DNA of 64,000 nt from NCBI GenBank assembly GCA_951406725.2, contig OX597819.1:42594001-42658000 (forward strand), given 5' to 3'. Positions 1-12,204 of this stretch are shown here, in pieces; position 1 is the first letter of the stretch, and every line of letters starts with the position of its first letter. A program made the translations under genes and the position numbers. Under the pieces are notes generated by a model. The model saw nothing but the letters and a program-made list of their open reading frames with translations. It had not been told where the DNA came from and ran no database searches. Source of the DNA: Octopus vulgaris (lineage: Eukaryota).

Positions 1-54
1 TTTACATCGGGAATTTCCGAAAGCGTCTGACCCGGGCACAAAAACAAAAACAGC

Positions 55-347
55 GTAATAGGTGTAAAGCAACTTGCTCTAAACGAATATGATGAAAAAA
101 AATGCGCGCTCGCGAAAGGGGGTGGGGGAGAGGCTTCGGAAATTTCACATCTTCAGTCCACGGCCTTTAAACTAAGAAAAAATAGTGTAATTGGTGTAAA
201 ACTACTTGTTCTAAACGATTATCAAGAACACACACTCACATATGAATCATAAACTCCGTATTTTTGTACATATTTCCCCCACCCCCTTTCGCGAGCGCGC
301 ATTTTTTTTTCCTATTCGTTTAGAGGAAGTTGTTTTACACATATTAC
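55..347. repeat. Imperfect inverted repeat (MITE-like), arms ~55-129 and ~275-347
   Basis: AAAAAATGCGCGCTCGCGAAAGGGGGTGGGGGA is mirrored by TTCCCCCACCCCCTTTCGCGAGCGCGCATTTTTT; flanking TGTAAA..AACTT..TCTAAACGAATA is also mirrored. Confidence 0.65.
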
Positions 348-1020
348 ACATTTTTTTTTGTTTCTTTGAGTGGGTTTAACGCTTTAGTTTAACCCTATGA
401 GATCGACTTTGTCTTTCATCTCTTTCGGGAAAAAACCGGGACCCATGCAATCGACTTATCGCTCGTATTAAAGATTGCTGACCCTGGGTCAGTTTTGAAA
501 TCATCATCATCATTACTATTATTAATATAACATTACCGTTTTATCAATGCCTCATAAACAACAGGATAACATATTCACATATCACTATTACAGCCTTAAA
601 GTAAATCTTTGTCAACTTACCGTATTCGGATATAAACTGCGAGTCAGTGATCAGTAATTAAGCACCTTAATTAATAATTGAAAAGAACCGAGGTTGAGGT
701 GTTGTAGAAGTTATTTCCCTTGATATGATTGTCTTTCTTTAATTCCCCAATAGATGGCGATTCGTTCCAGGGTTTTCCTTTGTTCTTTTCTGTCAACAAT
801 TTCCCTTCAACTCTTTTCAAATTTTCTCCATATTATTTTAACAAAGTCGACTCATATTCTACTCTGCAAACGTTTCCAGCACACGAATTAACCGCGTTGC
901 TGATCCTAGATGGAAGATGTCGTCTTTAACCTGTCTCTTCCTGACGTGACGTCATTTTCGTGGACCTTTCTGTTGATTCCTGAGGTCACTTCCTCTCCTT
1001 TCCGGTCATTTTCCTTCCCC

Positions 1021-1703
1021 TTTACTCCACCCAGATTTCACGATAACAGCTCCTCGGTACTACTTTAGAAGAGTGGTCTCGGTACGCGCACTCGTGCTTG
1101 CTAATCGTGACTAGTCGATCCTTTGTGTTTTATTTACTTTGTTAAAAAAAAAATCGGCGAAGTTTCGCATGTCGTAGATCAGATTTCCGTCGATTTCCGT
1201 AAAAAACTTTTATTTTTTTACATAAGTAATGAGAGCGAAAGAGACTAAGAGGAAGCGATTTTACGACGAGAAGGTTTCACTTTGAAGTCGGCCTGTGTGT
1301 GTTTGATGGGGTGTGGGAGACAGACAGTATGTTGTGTAAGTGAAGTGCTTCTGTTAGTGTGTGTGAAGAGACAGAGAGAGTAATGTGTGAAAGAGAGAGA
1401 TAACTGATTTTTTACTCGGTGTATGTGTATATGTATGTATGCATGTATGTGTGTGTGTGTATGTATCTGTATGTGTGTGTGTGTAAGTATGTGTGTGTGT
1501 ATGTATGTATGTATGGCCGATTCATCGTAATTTTTTACTCGGTGTATGTGTATATGTATGTCTGTCTCTTTACTCCACCCAGATTTCACGATAACAGCTC
1601 CTCGGTACTACTTTAGAAGAGTGGTCTCGGTACGCGCACTCGTGCTTGCTAATCGTGACTAGTCGATCCTTTGTGTTTTATTTACTTTGTTAAAAAAAAA
1701 ATC
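1021..1703 (+). repeat. 135-bp direct repeat (1021-1155 and 1569-1703) enclosing a (TG/TATG)n microsatellite
   Basis: TTTACTCCACCCAGATTTCACG...CTAGTCGATCCTTTGTGTTTTATTTACTTTGTTAAAAAAAAAATC occurs twice. Confidence 0.9.
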
Positions 1704-1748
1704 ATTTACTGTGTTTTTGTGTTTTATTTACTTTGCTTTAAAAAAATT

Positions 1749-1915
1749 GGCGATCCTTCGGTATAAGTACACACGAGGCGTTGCTTACATTTCTGAAAGT
1801 AACAGAAACCCTTTTCTCACCCCTAAACCCCCCTCCCCATATATATATATATATATATATATAAAACACTATCTTGAAATGTATTCGGTACTTCCGGTAC
1901 TTATACCAAAGTTAT
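1749..1915. mobile_element. Short MITE-like element (GGCGATCCTTCGGTATA terminus); second copy at 14319-14475
   Basis: Homologous to 14319-14475, whose ends are GGCGATCCTTCGGTATA and TATACCGAAGTTACGCC. Confidence 0.55.
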
Positions 1916-2267
1916 TTTGTGTAAAAAAAATATTTACTTTGCTAGGTAGCTGTTATAGGATTGACTAGCCAGCGCGAGTACACGCACCGGGACCACTCTT
2001 ATTAAGTAGTACCCTGCTCCTCTACTCCATTTCGTAACCCCACTTTCAGTTGGGTCAGGGGTCAACGTTCTGTTTCAGATGTCCGTAGGGTAATGTGGCC
2101 GGCCTCTCCCTCCCCGTCATCATAGGAAGAGCTAATTTCCCTTCGAGTATCCAACACGTGACGCAGCATTCCATCCACTGATACATTATTTGAAGTACTG
2201 ATCGCGATCACCCTTCCTATTTCCCTCTGCTTTGTGCACCGAATATAGCTTCCCTAACCCTAACCCC

Positions 2268-2668
2268 GGATCTTTTCGGTTTGACTGGCAGTTTTTAAAA
2301 ATAATTTCCACGTAACTAAACACTTTTAAACTTCGTATACTGGTAGAATGTGATCATAAAACATCTTTTTCTCTTGGCTTTCTTGAGAAAATTCTATAGT
2401 AAGATATTTGAGGGGTTTTCCCTTCAATTTCTGCGATTTCAACCAATCAATGACGTCTATTGAGGTGAAAACATACTGTGCCGTATGAATATGTCCCTCG
2501 TTTAAGAAACAGATTGGGTTTATTTACATTTCTGAAGAAAAAAAGATACCCTTCCCCCTAACCCTAAAACAGATTGAAATGCAATAGATCGATACTAGGG
2601 TCATAATTATGGGTGACAATTTCATATGACACCGCTAGAAAAAACTGCCATTCAAACCGAAAAGATCC
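2268..2668. mobile_element. Non-autonomous Merlin-type MITE
   Basis: TIRs GGATCTTTTCGGTTTGACTGGCAGTTTTT and AAAAACTGCCATTCAAACCGAAAAGATCC; 9-bp TSD CCTAACCCC on both sides; left part homologous to the leader of the ISXO2 transposase at 54164-54370. Confidence 0.8.
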
Positions 2669-2886
2669 CCTAACCCCTCACTATAAGTTTTATTACAGGT
2701 AATGACTGGTGGTGCTCATTCAAGGGGTTTTAGGTACTACTTAAGAAGAGTGGTCCCAGTGTGCGCATCCACGTTAGCTAGTCGTAATTAGTCGATCCTT
2801 ACTTTGTGTTTTATTTACTTTGTTTTAAAAAAATTATATATAACAAAGTGAAGTTAAATATATATATAGAGAGAGAGATACATATG

Positions 2887-3208
2887 GACATGGTTCAGTG
2901 GTTAGATTGTTGTGTTCACAATCATGTAGTGGTTATGATTCCTGGATCAGGTTGTGTGTCGTGTTCTTGAGCAAGACACTTTATTTCATGTTGCTTCAGT
3001 TCATTCACCTCCAGATATGAGTTGCAACATCAATGGTGCCAAGCTGCTTCAGCCTTTGTCTTTCACTTGGATAACATTGGTGGCTTGGAAAGGGGAGACT
3101 GGTATGCATAGGTGACTGCTGGGCTTCCAAAAAAAGAACCTTAGCTGGACATGTCTCAGAGAAGTTTCTTGATGCAATCCCATGGTCATTCATGGCCATT
3201 GTCCTTTA
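2887..3208 (+). mobile_element. tRNA-derived SINE (V/Meta-domain-like), degraded
   Basis: A-box-like TGGTTCAGTGGTTAG, then GTGTCGTGTTCTTGAGCAAGACACTTTATTTCA; homologous to 51450-51792. Confidence 0.7.
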
Positions 3209-4104
3209 GATATATATATATATATTGTAGCAATAGCCATTTTGAAATACAGCGCAAATTGGCAATATGACATAATGTCATATTGCCGAAGAATTATTGT
3301 TTTCGTTTTTTCCATTGGTTAATATAACTGCTCATATAAAGATTCTAAAAAGTTACGTAAAGGATATTTGTAATGGATTTCGATTCTTTTAAGTCAAGTT
3401 GAGCAGTTATAAAAACCCTAGATTTTGGGAAAAACTTTAGTGTTTTGTTGGATGTAACTGAACTCCACGACACTCACTCCTTTGAGACATTGGTGATTTT
3501 ATGCCATGTCCAAAGATAATCCCAAGTCTATTTTGATTTGTTGATTAATGTATTAGTTAGATTTACGAATTAGTTAATGGATATATAGTTGTTCTTCTAC
3601 ACGACAAAAATTGTCTTTCCTTCCTAATGTAAATAATATAAAATTAAGATAATGTTTCTCTTCACGTTTTTTTCAACTGAGTATAAATAAATATGCATTT
3701 TTGTAATCATTAAATTATATTTTTATAGCGGTTAAATGAACACGAAGAAAATATTATACATACGTCGTTAATATTCATAGCGTTTCATGAGTATATTTCT
3801 CTATGGCATTATATACTGTAGTTCAGATTTGTGTATAATGATAACACTTAAGTTATAAGTGACATTTTAATCATTATATTCACCCCTACTCAAAAAAGCC
3901 AAATAAAAATAATCTATTTCCCAATAGAAAACAATAAATAGCATTACATTACTGTAACATTAAAAAATATAAAAATTTATAAATATAAATTTAAAATTTT
4001 AAATATTTTGTATATTATATTAATTATTTTTATGTTTTAGTTTAAGTTTTTCACTATTTGATTTGCATAATAGTGGTTTTATCTGTAATTTAATTTATAT
4101 AGAG

Positions 4105-5496
4105 AATACCAAACGAGTTCCCTATGGATACCGTATTTATTACGAGTGTCTTGTAAACGTATCTAATGAGCGAAAGCGAGTTAGATACATTTACAAGCCA
4201 CGAGTTGTAATAAATACAGTATCCATAGGGAATGAGTTTGGTATTTTATTTATTACACACGAATAAACGACCATATTTTATTAACCCAATAACTAAATTC
4301 TTCACATCGTGTTCAAGCGCACATGAATACAGCTTGATTTCACGTCAGTGACGTCACAATGTGTAACTGTAAAAGATGTCATGCCGCAGGAAGATAGTCC
4401 GACTTTATAGCGCTAAGTTTTCAGGTGAAATGACTGATAACTGATGACTGCTTAACATTTTGTTAACATTCAAGAAATACATAACACAGATTGAATCTTC
4501 AATAACTTTAATAATACTCAAACCTGTTTTCGAGTAGCAATGTCAGTCAGAGTAGAGCACAACAGTCCATGCAGTCCAGTAAAACTTAACAGTCCTCATT
4601 ATCTGTGAGACGAGGTCGCTTTGCATCTGAACCAAAGAAGTTCACATTGATTGTTCCCCCATATATTGGAGCCGAGAAAATGGAGTGCACTGAACCAAAG
4701 CAAGTGACAGCGGTCCGAGATTGACTCAACATAACATTGACAGTGGAGGGGAGATCACTTGCACTCGCTGCTGCTGTGTGTGACGGAAGTACAAGCGAAC
4801 CAGTCTGGTCGTTGTTGCTACTAAGGATGTTACTGATGGCACGATGACGATCCATGGAAATATTGCTGTAACTATTGATGCTTTGCACATTACGATGTCC
4901 ACACCTCATCAGGGATGTTAGATCTAGGGTTCGATGACAATCCACTCGTCGATAACAGTTTCAGGTACCTTTGTTAACCTGTATCCAGCAATATGTCGAA
5001 CTTGGCCAGTATTGATCTTCACTTTGAACATTCTGTATGTTCCAAGAGGTTGAACAACGGATAACACTCTTCCCCCATCTTTACCATCAATCTTAACAAA
5101 ATTATTCACCTTGATATCGACAACAGTAGCCATCTTGTTGATAGATCTACCTGCACTGCAAGAGTATCGACGAGCAGACGAAATATGTTGTGATTTTTTT
5201 GGCAACAAAAAATTGAATTACCACCAGAAATGTTTATATTTTATGTGTATATGACTTTAAGTGATATTTGGTATAAAAAAGATAGTATGTTTGTTTAATT
5301 ACATGGCTACATTCTACCTGCTCGTGAAAGTAATGAATGAAGTTTAGTTGTAACTTATGAATGACAAAAGTAGTGCCGTCACCGTGACCTCGGGTCATCA
5401 CCATGGATTGACCAATCAGAAGCAGCGCTCGTTGTATCTGACATATGTTAGATACCAAAAATATCTCAAAGTGTTCTCACTCACGTGTGTAATAAA
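4105..5496 (-). mobile_element. Internally deleted Crypton-like (tyrosine recombinase) DNA transposon
   Basis: Terminal 140-bp hairpin at 4105-4245 with a GAGCGAAAGCGAG apex; inner IRs TTTATTACACACG (~4248) and CGTGTGTAATAAA (~5484); encloses recombinase box-II remnant. Confidence 0.65.
4586..5133 (-). pseudogene. Crypton/DUF3504-type tyrosine recombinase relic (N-terminus and C-terminus joined out of frame)
   Basis: C-terminal CGHRNVQSINSYSNISMDRHRAISNIL...IFSAPIYGGTINVNF resembles the box II GHRS...Y motif and tail of KIAA1958/ZMYM/QRICH1-like Crypton recombinases; N-terminal ORF MATVVDIK starts at 5133 in an AAGATGGC context. Confidence 0.6.
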
Positions 5497-5519
5497 TTAT
5501 GTTATATATATATCTATAT

Positions 5520-5663
5520 CATATATATATATATAATATAACCAGCTTCAACGGATTTCGCCCAAATTTGACGTCGATATTACTTAGTTTGATTTAAAAT
5601 AAAGAACTTGATTAGCTTAATAATCGTAACTTAATCCTGGGCAAGGCTGGGTAATACTGCTAG
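5520..5663 (+). mobile_element. Short non-autonomous Helitron remnant
   Basis: Ends in hairpin CCTGGGCAAGGCTGGG then TACTGCTAG|T, matching the 3' end of the other Helitron copies. Confidence 0.55.
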
Positions 5664-6150
5664 TCTAGAATAAATACTAGAAATATACAGAATGTAGATG
5701 TCAAATGTGATGGGGAGTGGTTAACGAAGAAGTAGTTGATAGAATGTAACAAGTTAGAGGCCAAAATACTTGTCTCAGCTGGCTTTCATCTCTGAACACC
5801 TTCTACTGTTCAGCACTCTTAAGAATTTCCTACCATTGTTATGTTTTAACATTATATCTTCACTAGATAACCACCATCATTATCATTTAATGTACAAACT
5901 CATCCATTCGTTTATCTCTCATCACTGCATCTTAACAGCTAATACCTTGTGTTTTGTATATTAAATAAGATCAACAAATTAAATAGCTTCAAAATAAACA
6001 TTTATTGTAAATCAGTTTGGAGAAACGTTACAGTTCTCATACATTGATCAACTGTGTAAATTCTATAGTTTATGTTTGTGTCCCAGCACAAGATTTGTTT
6101 GGATGGTCTGCATATAAAATGAGACAAAAATAATTGAAGAGTAAAACAAC

Positions 6151-6156
6151 TTTATT
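6151..6156 (-). terminator. Putative polyadenylation signal of ZNF-A
   Basis: Minus strand reads CTGAAAGGAAAATAAAGTTGTTTTACTC, homologous to CTGAAAGAAGAATAAAGTTGCTTTACTC downstream of ZNF-B (34481). Confidence 0.55.
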
Positions 6157-6739
6157 TTCCTTTCAGTTTATTAAATTTATTCATCAAAATTAATGAGATC
6201 AAATTTCAGGAATTTACAAAAAAGAAGCATGCAGTATCATTAACTGCACGGGTTCATACAGGACACGTTTGGATGATAAGCATGGTAGGGGAAAGGCTTT
6301 TGAAAAGTATATTGCAACCTCCATCCAACACAGTAATAAGCCTCCAGATTGTTCTTGGAGGTGTGGAGCCGTAGCAACAAAGGATGCAGGTGCTGGGATA
6401 CCTAAGCATGTCCAGTAGGAAACACCCAGTCTGGAATGTCATACATTAGTGTCATAATGACATATCTACATGGAAACAGAACAAATGAATTTAAATCAAC
6501 AATATTTGAATGAAAGATTCACATCATAATTAGTGAGTTGATGCAAATGAGGAAAAATGTAAAAAATTAATTTGCTCAATAAAAAGTAACACAATTGCTG
6601 TAATTTGTGTATATGTGGGGGTACAATATGTGTGAATGGTTATGTCTGTGGGGGAGAGTTTATTTTCTAGGGTATCCACATTTTAGGGATGTCAATATGT
6701 GTACATGGATGCATTGGTATGTGGTTTGGTCAAAACCCT

Positions 6740-7545
6740 ATTTGATGGTGAGGCGCAGAGGTAGGTTACTTTTGGGTACCTTTTGAAATTGATCTCTTCT
6801 CAAAGAAGCATAATCTGCACTTGCTGCTGCTATTAATGTATAGCTTGCATCTTTCTAAGGTCACCCACTTTATGCAGTACTCTATGGTGCCTTCTTTCAA
6901 AGCCCAGACGTACTTGCCTGCAGTTATGGCATTACATCTCTCTGAGATGGTGTATAAGGACGTGTGGTTATTAAAGTGGATTCTCACGAGGTCTGACATT
7001 GACCCCACATATTTCTGCACACTTGGTTGTCCATTTGCTCCTTGTGCTGTTACTTCTACCTGGTAAACAACAGTTTCCATATTGCAGTGGCTGTTTAGTG
7101 GACAAGTTGTGTTACACCTGTATGAGCATCCTGTCTCAGCCTTGGAGCTGGGCCTACCTGCTAAAATCTTTTTTACACTAAGTGCATAGCTAAAGCATAA
7201 TCTCTGTATGTCTTTTGCATATTTTGTTGAATCCATTGCTACAGACGAAACTAAACTAAGGAACATTTTACCTAGTGTGAACCATTACTTTTCAGTTGCG
7301 CTTTCTCTTGTGGTGGGGAGCTAGGCTCTGACTTATCCTTGAAACCACGAGCAGCAAGAGCCTGGTTGTAGTACTGGGCGGTAGCATCAAATTTCTCTTT
7401 GCTCTGGAGTTTCTCCTGCTGACACCCTTAATCAGGTTCCTGAACACTGTGGCTTGATGACAGGGAGCTGTGTTAATGTAAGACGACTTCTCATTTCGTT
7501 TCCAAAAGGACGTATATGTACTTGATTCCAGGTCCAGGGTCAGAT
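6740..7545 (-). mobile_element. Degraded Penelope-like element fragment (RT thumb plus GIY-YIG endonuclease)
   Basis: ORF 6766-7266: CPLNSHCNMETVVYQVEV...KYVGS...YVWALKE...IKW...CRLCFFEK, a GIY-YIG pattern of PLEs. Confidence 0.75.
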
Positions 7546-7573
7546 CAAATGAGAGAATGATTTACCACAAATA

Positions 7574-8380
7574 TCAGTTATATGGTTTCTCTCTTGTGTG
7601 AGTGTATTTGTGATGAGTAAAGTGACATTTTTGAGAGAATGATTTGCCACAAATATCACACTGATATGGCCTCTCATTATTATGGGTAAATTCATGAGTA
7701 GTCAAATGCTGTCTTTGTACAAAGGATTTACCACAGATATCGCAGTGATATGGTTTCTCTCCTGTATGAATCGCTTTGTGAGTGGTAAGGTTACTTTTTT
7801 GAGAGAATGATTTACCACAAATATCACACTGATATGGCCTCTCATTAGTATGCGTAAGTTCATGAGAAGTTAAATGACTTCTTATTACGAAGGATTTACC
7901 ACAGATATCGCAGTGATATGGTTTCTCTCCTGTATGAAGGGATTTGTGATAAGTAAGGCCACTCTTATGAGAGAATGATTTACCACAAATATCACACTGA
8001 TGTGGCCTCTCATTAGTATGGGTAAGTTCATGAGAATTTAATTTACCTCTTACTGCAAAGGATTTACCACAGATATTGCAGTGATATGGTTTCTCTCCTG
8101 TATGAATAGATTTGTGATAAGTAAGGCTATCTTTTTGAGTGAATGATTTACCACAGATATCACAAAAATATGGTTTCTCTTCACTATGAATGTATTTGTG
8201 TCTGGTAAGGTTGCTTTTCACCATAAAAGGCTTTCCACAGATATCACAGTGATATTGTTTTCCTCCTGCATGAATACGTTTGTGAATAGTGAGATTTCCC
8301 TTACTAGATAGAAACTTTTTACAGATATCACATTGGTATGATAATTTTTCACTTTCTTTTGTCACCTCTTGAGGATTCAT
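7574..8380 (-). CDS. Tandem C2H2 zinc-finger protein ZNF-A (9 fingers, no effector domain seen)
   Basis: 268-aa ORF of CxxC-x12-H-x3-H repeats with TGEKP/TNERP linkers; upstream acceptor TATCATTTCAG at 8710. Confidence 0.92.
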   Translation of the reverse strand: MNPQEVTKESEKLSYQCDICKKFLSSKGNLTIHKRIHAGGKQYHCDICGKPFMVKSNLTRHKYIHSEEKPYFCDICGKSFTQKDSLTYHKSIHTGEKPYHCNICGKSFAVRGKLNSHELTHTNERPHQCDICGKSFSHKSGLTYHKSLHTGEKPYHCDICGKSFVIRSHLTSHELTHTNERPYQCDICGKSFSQKSNLTTHKAIHTGEKPYHCDICGKSFVQRQHLTTHEFTHNNERPYQCDICGKSFSQKCHFTHHKYTHTREKPYN

Positions 8381-8915
8381 TATTGTTCAGTTTTTCTTTC
8401 TTCTTTATATATTTCTCTGTTGATACAAAAAGTTCTACAGCTATAATTAGAGCAAATCTAATCTTCGTGAATATCTGAAGGTAATACAAACACCTTTGCA
8501 GATTTTTCCAAGTATATATTCCTGGCAATGGAGGAAAGCAAATGTTGCTATTAATTCAGAAGAAACATTTCAGTTATTTACCAGGGATTTGTTACAGAAA
8601 CAGGGTTATATATATTATTGATAATATCTTCCATTAGTCTTCAAATGATGATCAATATTCATGATGTATCTGATGTAAAAACTCCTTTATACCACTAACA
8701 GCTCATATTCTGAAATGATACAGAAACAGTAGAAGATATAGGAAAGACTTAAAAAGCAGAGATTCAACAATAGAAAATATAACTACATTTTCATAATGAT
8801 AAACTGTGGATATAAACTTTTACCCCAATAATTAGTCTTTAAAATTTATTTCGTTATTAAAATTATATCATACAACCTTGTGTAATGTCCACATATGCAC
8901 GGCCTTCAGCTCATC
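8381..8915 (-). promoter_or_regulatory. Conserved intron end, splice acceptor (AG at 8710-8711) and 5' UTR of ZNF-A
   Basis: Homologous to 24255-24762 (-), 32200-32765 (+) and 39490-39947 (+); pyrimidine tract followed by TCATTTCAG|AATAT. Confidence 0.7.
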
Positions 8916-9139
8916 CACCTTCAGATATTATGTAAAATGCTAAACTACAAAATACTGGACAATAACGTTGTACTGTCTTAGGAAACATGATGAGTCAATG
9001 TTGTTTAGCCCCAGGTCAAACCTGACTGAGCAGATCTATTTAGGAAATTAGTGTTCACGAGTGTCAAGACTTTTAGAACAGACCAAACATAAACATCACT
9101 ATAATTTAGTCACTAACAACAATACAGACACACACACAC

Positions 9140-9440
9140 ATATACTGGGCTGACCCTGTGAGATCCTCTGTGCTGATCATCTTACAGCTGAATCAATACC
9201 AGCAAAAGAAAAGACATTTCAGGTGTGTAAGCAGGATCTGCAATTAGTGGGCCTTAGAGTTATTTTAGCAGAGACTAAAGTCTTAGTAAGTTAGTAAGCA
9301 GACAAATCCTACAGGGAAATGGCCCTGCTTGAGATATGGAAAAGGAATGTGCAGAAACTCCATAAGGTGTAGCCAGTGCAAGTTATGGATACATAAGATG
9401 TGCAGCAATATTAGAGAAACGTCAAAATGAAAAATAGTAG
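9140..9440 (+). mobile_element. Degraded RTE LINE fragment
   Basis: CCCTGTGAGATCCTCTGTGCTGATCAT (PWELLYADD relic) and GCAAGTTATGGATACATAAGATGTGCAGC; homologous to 16080-16350. Confidence 0.65.
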
Positions 9441-10061
9441 ATGTACATGTGCAATAAATACAAGAAAGTAGATGCCGTCAAATGTGGAGTGGAGAGCGAG
9501 TGCTAACTTAGAAATAGTTGATAGAATGTAACAAGTTAGGGAGCAAAACACTTGCCTCAGTGGGGTTTTGTCTCTGAAGACCTTCTGCTGTTCAGTTCTG
9601 TTGAAAATTTCCTACCATTGTTATATTCTAACATTTTATCAGTGACTGGGAAATATATTTTCCTCACACTCCCTCTAACGTGGCTACCATCTACTCAATG
9701 GCTCCATGACATATTCACTAAATAACCACCATCATTAAAATTTAAACTATTAACGTGGGTCATTTTGTTAGAAAAAACAGCAAACAGATATATGTAGCAA
9801 GTGATAATTTTATGATAAAACAATAAACGGCTTTGGATGGGGACAATTAGCAAATGGAATATTTACTGTAATAAAAGAAATGAAAATTTGGTGCTTTTTC
9901 GTGGCAATACCAAATAAAATACACTTTAGATTTTATTCGCCTAATTAAAGAAGTTTACCGGAGTACAGAATTTATATCGATGTCATACTAGCAATATTTA
10001 AAACTTTCAGTCAAGTAGCCGGGTTCATTGGCTTTTATTTAAAAAATGTGTTATATCTTAC

Positions 10062-10200
10062 CTCGTATCAAATAAATCCAGTTTAATGTGAATTAACGTT
10101 AATCAACCAAAGGAGTGGATTTAGCGGGAAATATAAGTTAAGGACACTTCAGAAAAGCGACACGGAAAATCAACGAAACGAACTAAATATCCAACCGTTG
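10062..10200 (-). promoter_or_regulatory. Putative non-coding first exon of ZNF-A
   Basis: Minus-strand donor AG|GTAAG at 10061; TTCGTT...TTTCCGTGTCG.TTTT motif shared with four other copies. Confidence 0.55.
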
Positions 10201-10334
10201 TAAACCTTATATTATTCCACAATTGTCTGTTGCTAAAACACAAGTGGTAAATTTTATGATTTTTATTGCTATAATTACTTTCTGAAAATGTGAATTGTAA
10301 TAAAAAAAAATCCGAATGATGGCAAAATATATAT

Positions 10335-10562
10335 CTCTTTACTACCCACAAGGAGCTAAACACACAGGGGACAAACTAGGACAGACAAACGGAGTAAGTC
10401 GATTATACTGACCTCAGTGCGTAACTGGTACATAATTTATCGACCCTGAAAGGATGAAAGGCAAAGTCCACCTCGGCGGAATTTGAACTCAGAAGGTAAC
10501 GGCAGACGAAATACGGCTACGCATTTTACCCGGCGTGCTCACGTTTCTGCCAGCTCGCCGTC
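10335..10562 (-). mobile_element. tRNA-derived SINE (Nin-domain-like family)
   Basis: Reverse complement GGCGAGCTGGCAGAAACG...GAGTTCAAATTCCGCCGAGG...TTCATCCTTTCAGGGTCGATAAA; other copies near 38835, 55090, 55555, 56000, 59330, 60310. Confidence 0.75.
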
Positions 10563-11449
10563 TTTATGATGGCAAAATATAGAAAACTAGTAACTGACTG
10601 CTTCTTTTACGCTATCCTGTTACCGAACCTACGTCAGGTACGGAAAGAAACCAACACAACTTGTCAGACAGTGATGATGGAGGGAGGTGAGATGTAGACG
10701 CGTGTGTGTTTCTCCCATAAGTGTTCGAAAACCATTGTTAGTTTGTTTACATTCCTGCATCAAAAGACTCCAACACTATAACTACCAAATGAAAACTAAG
10801 TTCTGGTGTTGCATTGCTGAACGGAACCTACGAGCTGATACTTCGGCATGGTCGCAGTTTAATTAGAAGTGATACACTCGTGTTTGTCTGTACTTAAGAA
10901 TGTGCGTGTTCATTTATCTATGTACGTACACGTCCAATCCATTCGTCTTTCCTCCTGCTTTCTCCTTCCCTCCCTCATATTCCTCATCAATACATGTCAA
11001 CTTTGGTATAGTTTCCACAGCTGGATACCCTTCCTAGCGCTAACAACTTCGCAGTGTGCACTGGGTGCTTGTTTCTTACTACCAGCACTAGTGACGGGTT
11101 GCCAAGTAACTTGTAAGATATGAAAAAATAAGACAAAAAAAGCAGTTCCCTTCGCTAAGTGGGAGGACAGAGTTTAAAAGGCCTGAAATGTGATTTTGCA
11201 CGAAGGAAGAAATGTTTTGCTATAGAGAAGATACATAGTTAACATACTTTTACCTAAGAGTGGGTGGGAGTATCAGGAATAAAAATAAGATGTTGGTGAC
11301 AAGATGCAAGGAAAAAACCCTCACAAAGTAAGAGATGATATGGGGAAGGTGTCAAGAGGTTAGGAATACAGTTATATGTGTGTGTGGGTGTCATCAGAAG
11401 TATGTCACACATCTACCTATTGAAACTAAAATTTATGTATATGTATGTT

Positions 11450-11493
<44 letters not shown>

Positions 11494-11494
<1 letters not shown>

Positions 11495-11610
11495 CATCAT
11501 CATCATCGTTTAACGTCCGTTTTCCATGCTAGCATGGGTTGGACAGTTCGACATGGGTCTGGGAAGCCAGAAGGCTGTACCAGGTCCAGGTGAGGCTGGC
11601 AATGGCCATG
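11494..11610 (-). mobile_element. RTE 3'-tail fragment
   Basis: CATCATCGTTTAACGTCCGTTTTCCATGCTAGCATGGGTTGGAC is the reverse complement of the RTE tail at 17490-17549. Confidence 0.75.
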
Positions 11611-12204
11611 ATCGGTTGGTGCTTTTTATACATGTTTGTGTGTGTGTGTGTGTGTATTGAAGTTATTGAGTTGATGTCCAGTCATAGAGTGACCAAATGT
11701 TTTGCATCTACAAAGGCTTTGTGTATGCAGAACCATTGATCAGTTAATAATCTGACATTAACTTGATTACTTTAATATATATATATATATGTGTACTAGC
11801 AGAGTTGCCCTTGTTATATGTAATTGAAGAATTAAACTTTTCTGTTATATTTTCTGTAATGAACTGGAATACCTATGTTTCAAATTTCATGAAAATTGCA
11901 GATGAGGGTTATTTCCTTCTTTACACCCCCTAAAGAAATTGTAATCATACCACATGTATCCCATACTACTGATTTTTATGCGCATATTCCAAAATTCCAG
12001 TCTTATAGAACCTGTTAAAAGGATTTTTCTCCTGATAAATGGAGGTCATGGAACTTTAAAATGTGAGAGTTGAGGCCCCTATTGAGGGTGGGTATCTTAA
12101 TGTCAACCAGAGAAGTTGAATTGTTGAGAATCTTTTTAACTTGGATCCTATATCTATTGTTTGAATTTCTCTGAAATAGGAAATATATGCTCACTGGGTT
12201 TGTA

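Noticed and set aside
1245-1616. His/Thr/Ile- or Tyr/Val/Cys-rich ORFs (also at 11335, 28876, 44324 and others)
   Set aside because: Translations of microsatellites
2251-2680. CCCTAA telomere-like repeats (also near 29415 and 31165)
   Set aside because: Only 1-3 units, inside or beside MITEs; not an interstitial telomere array
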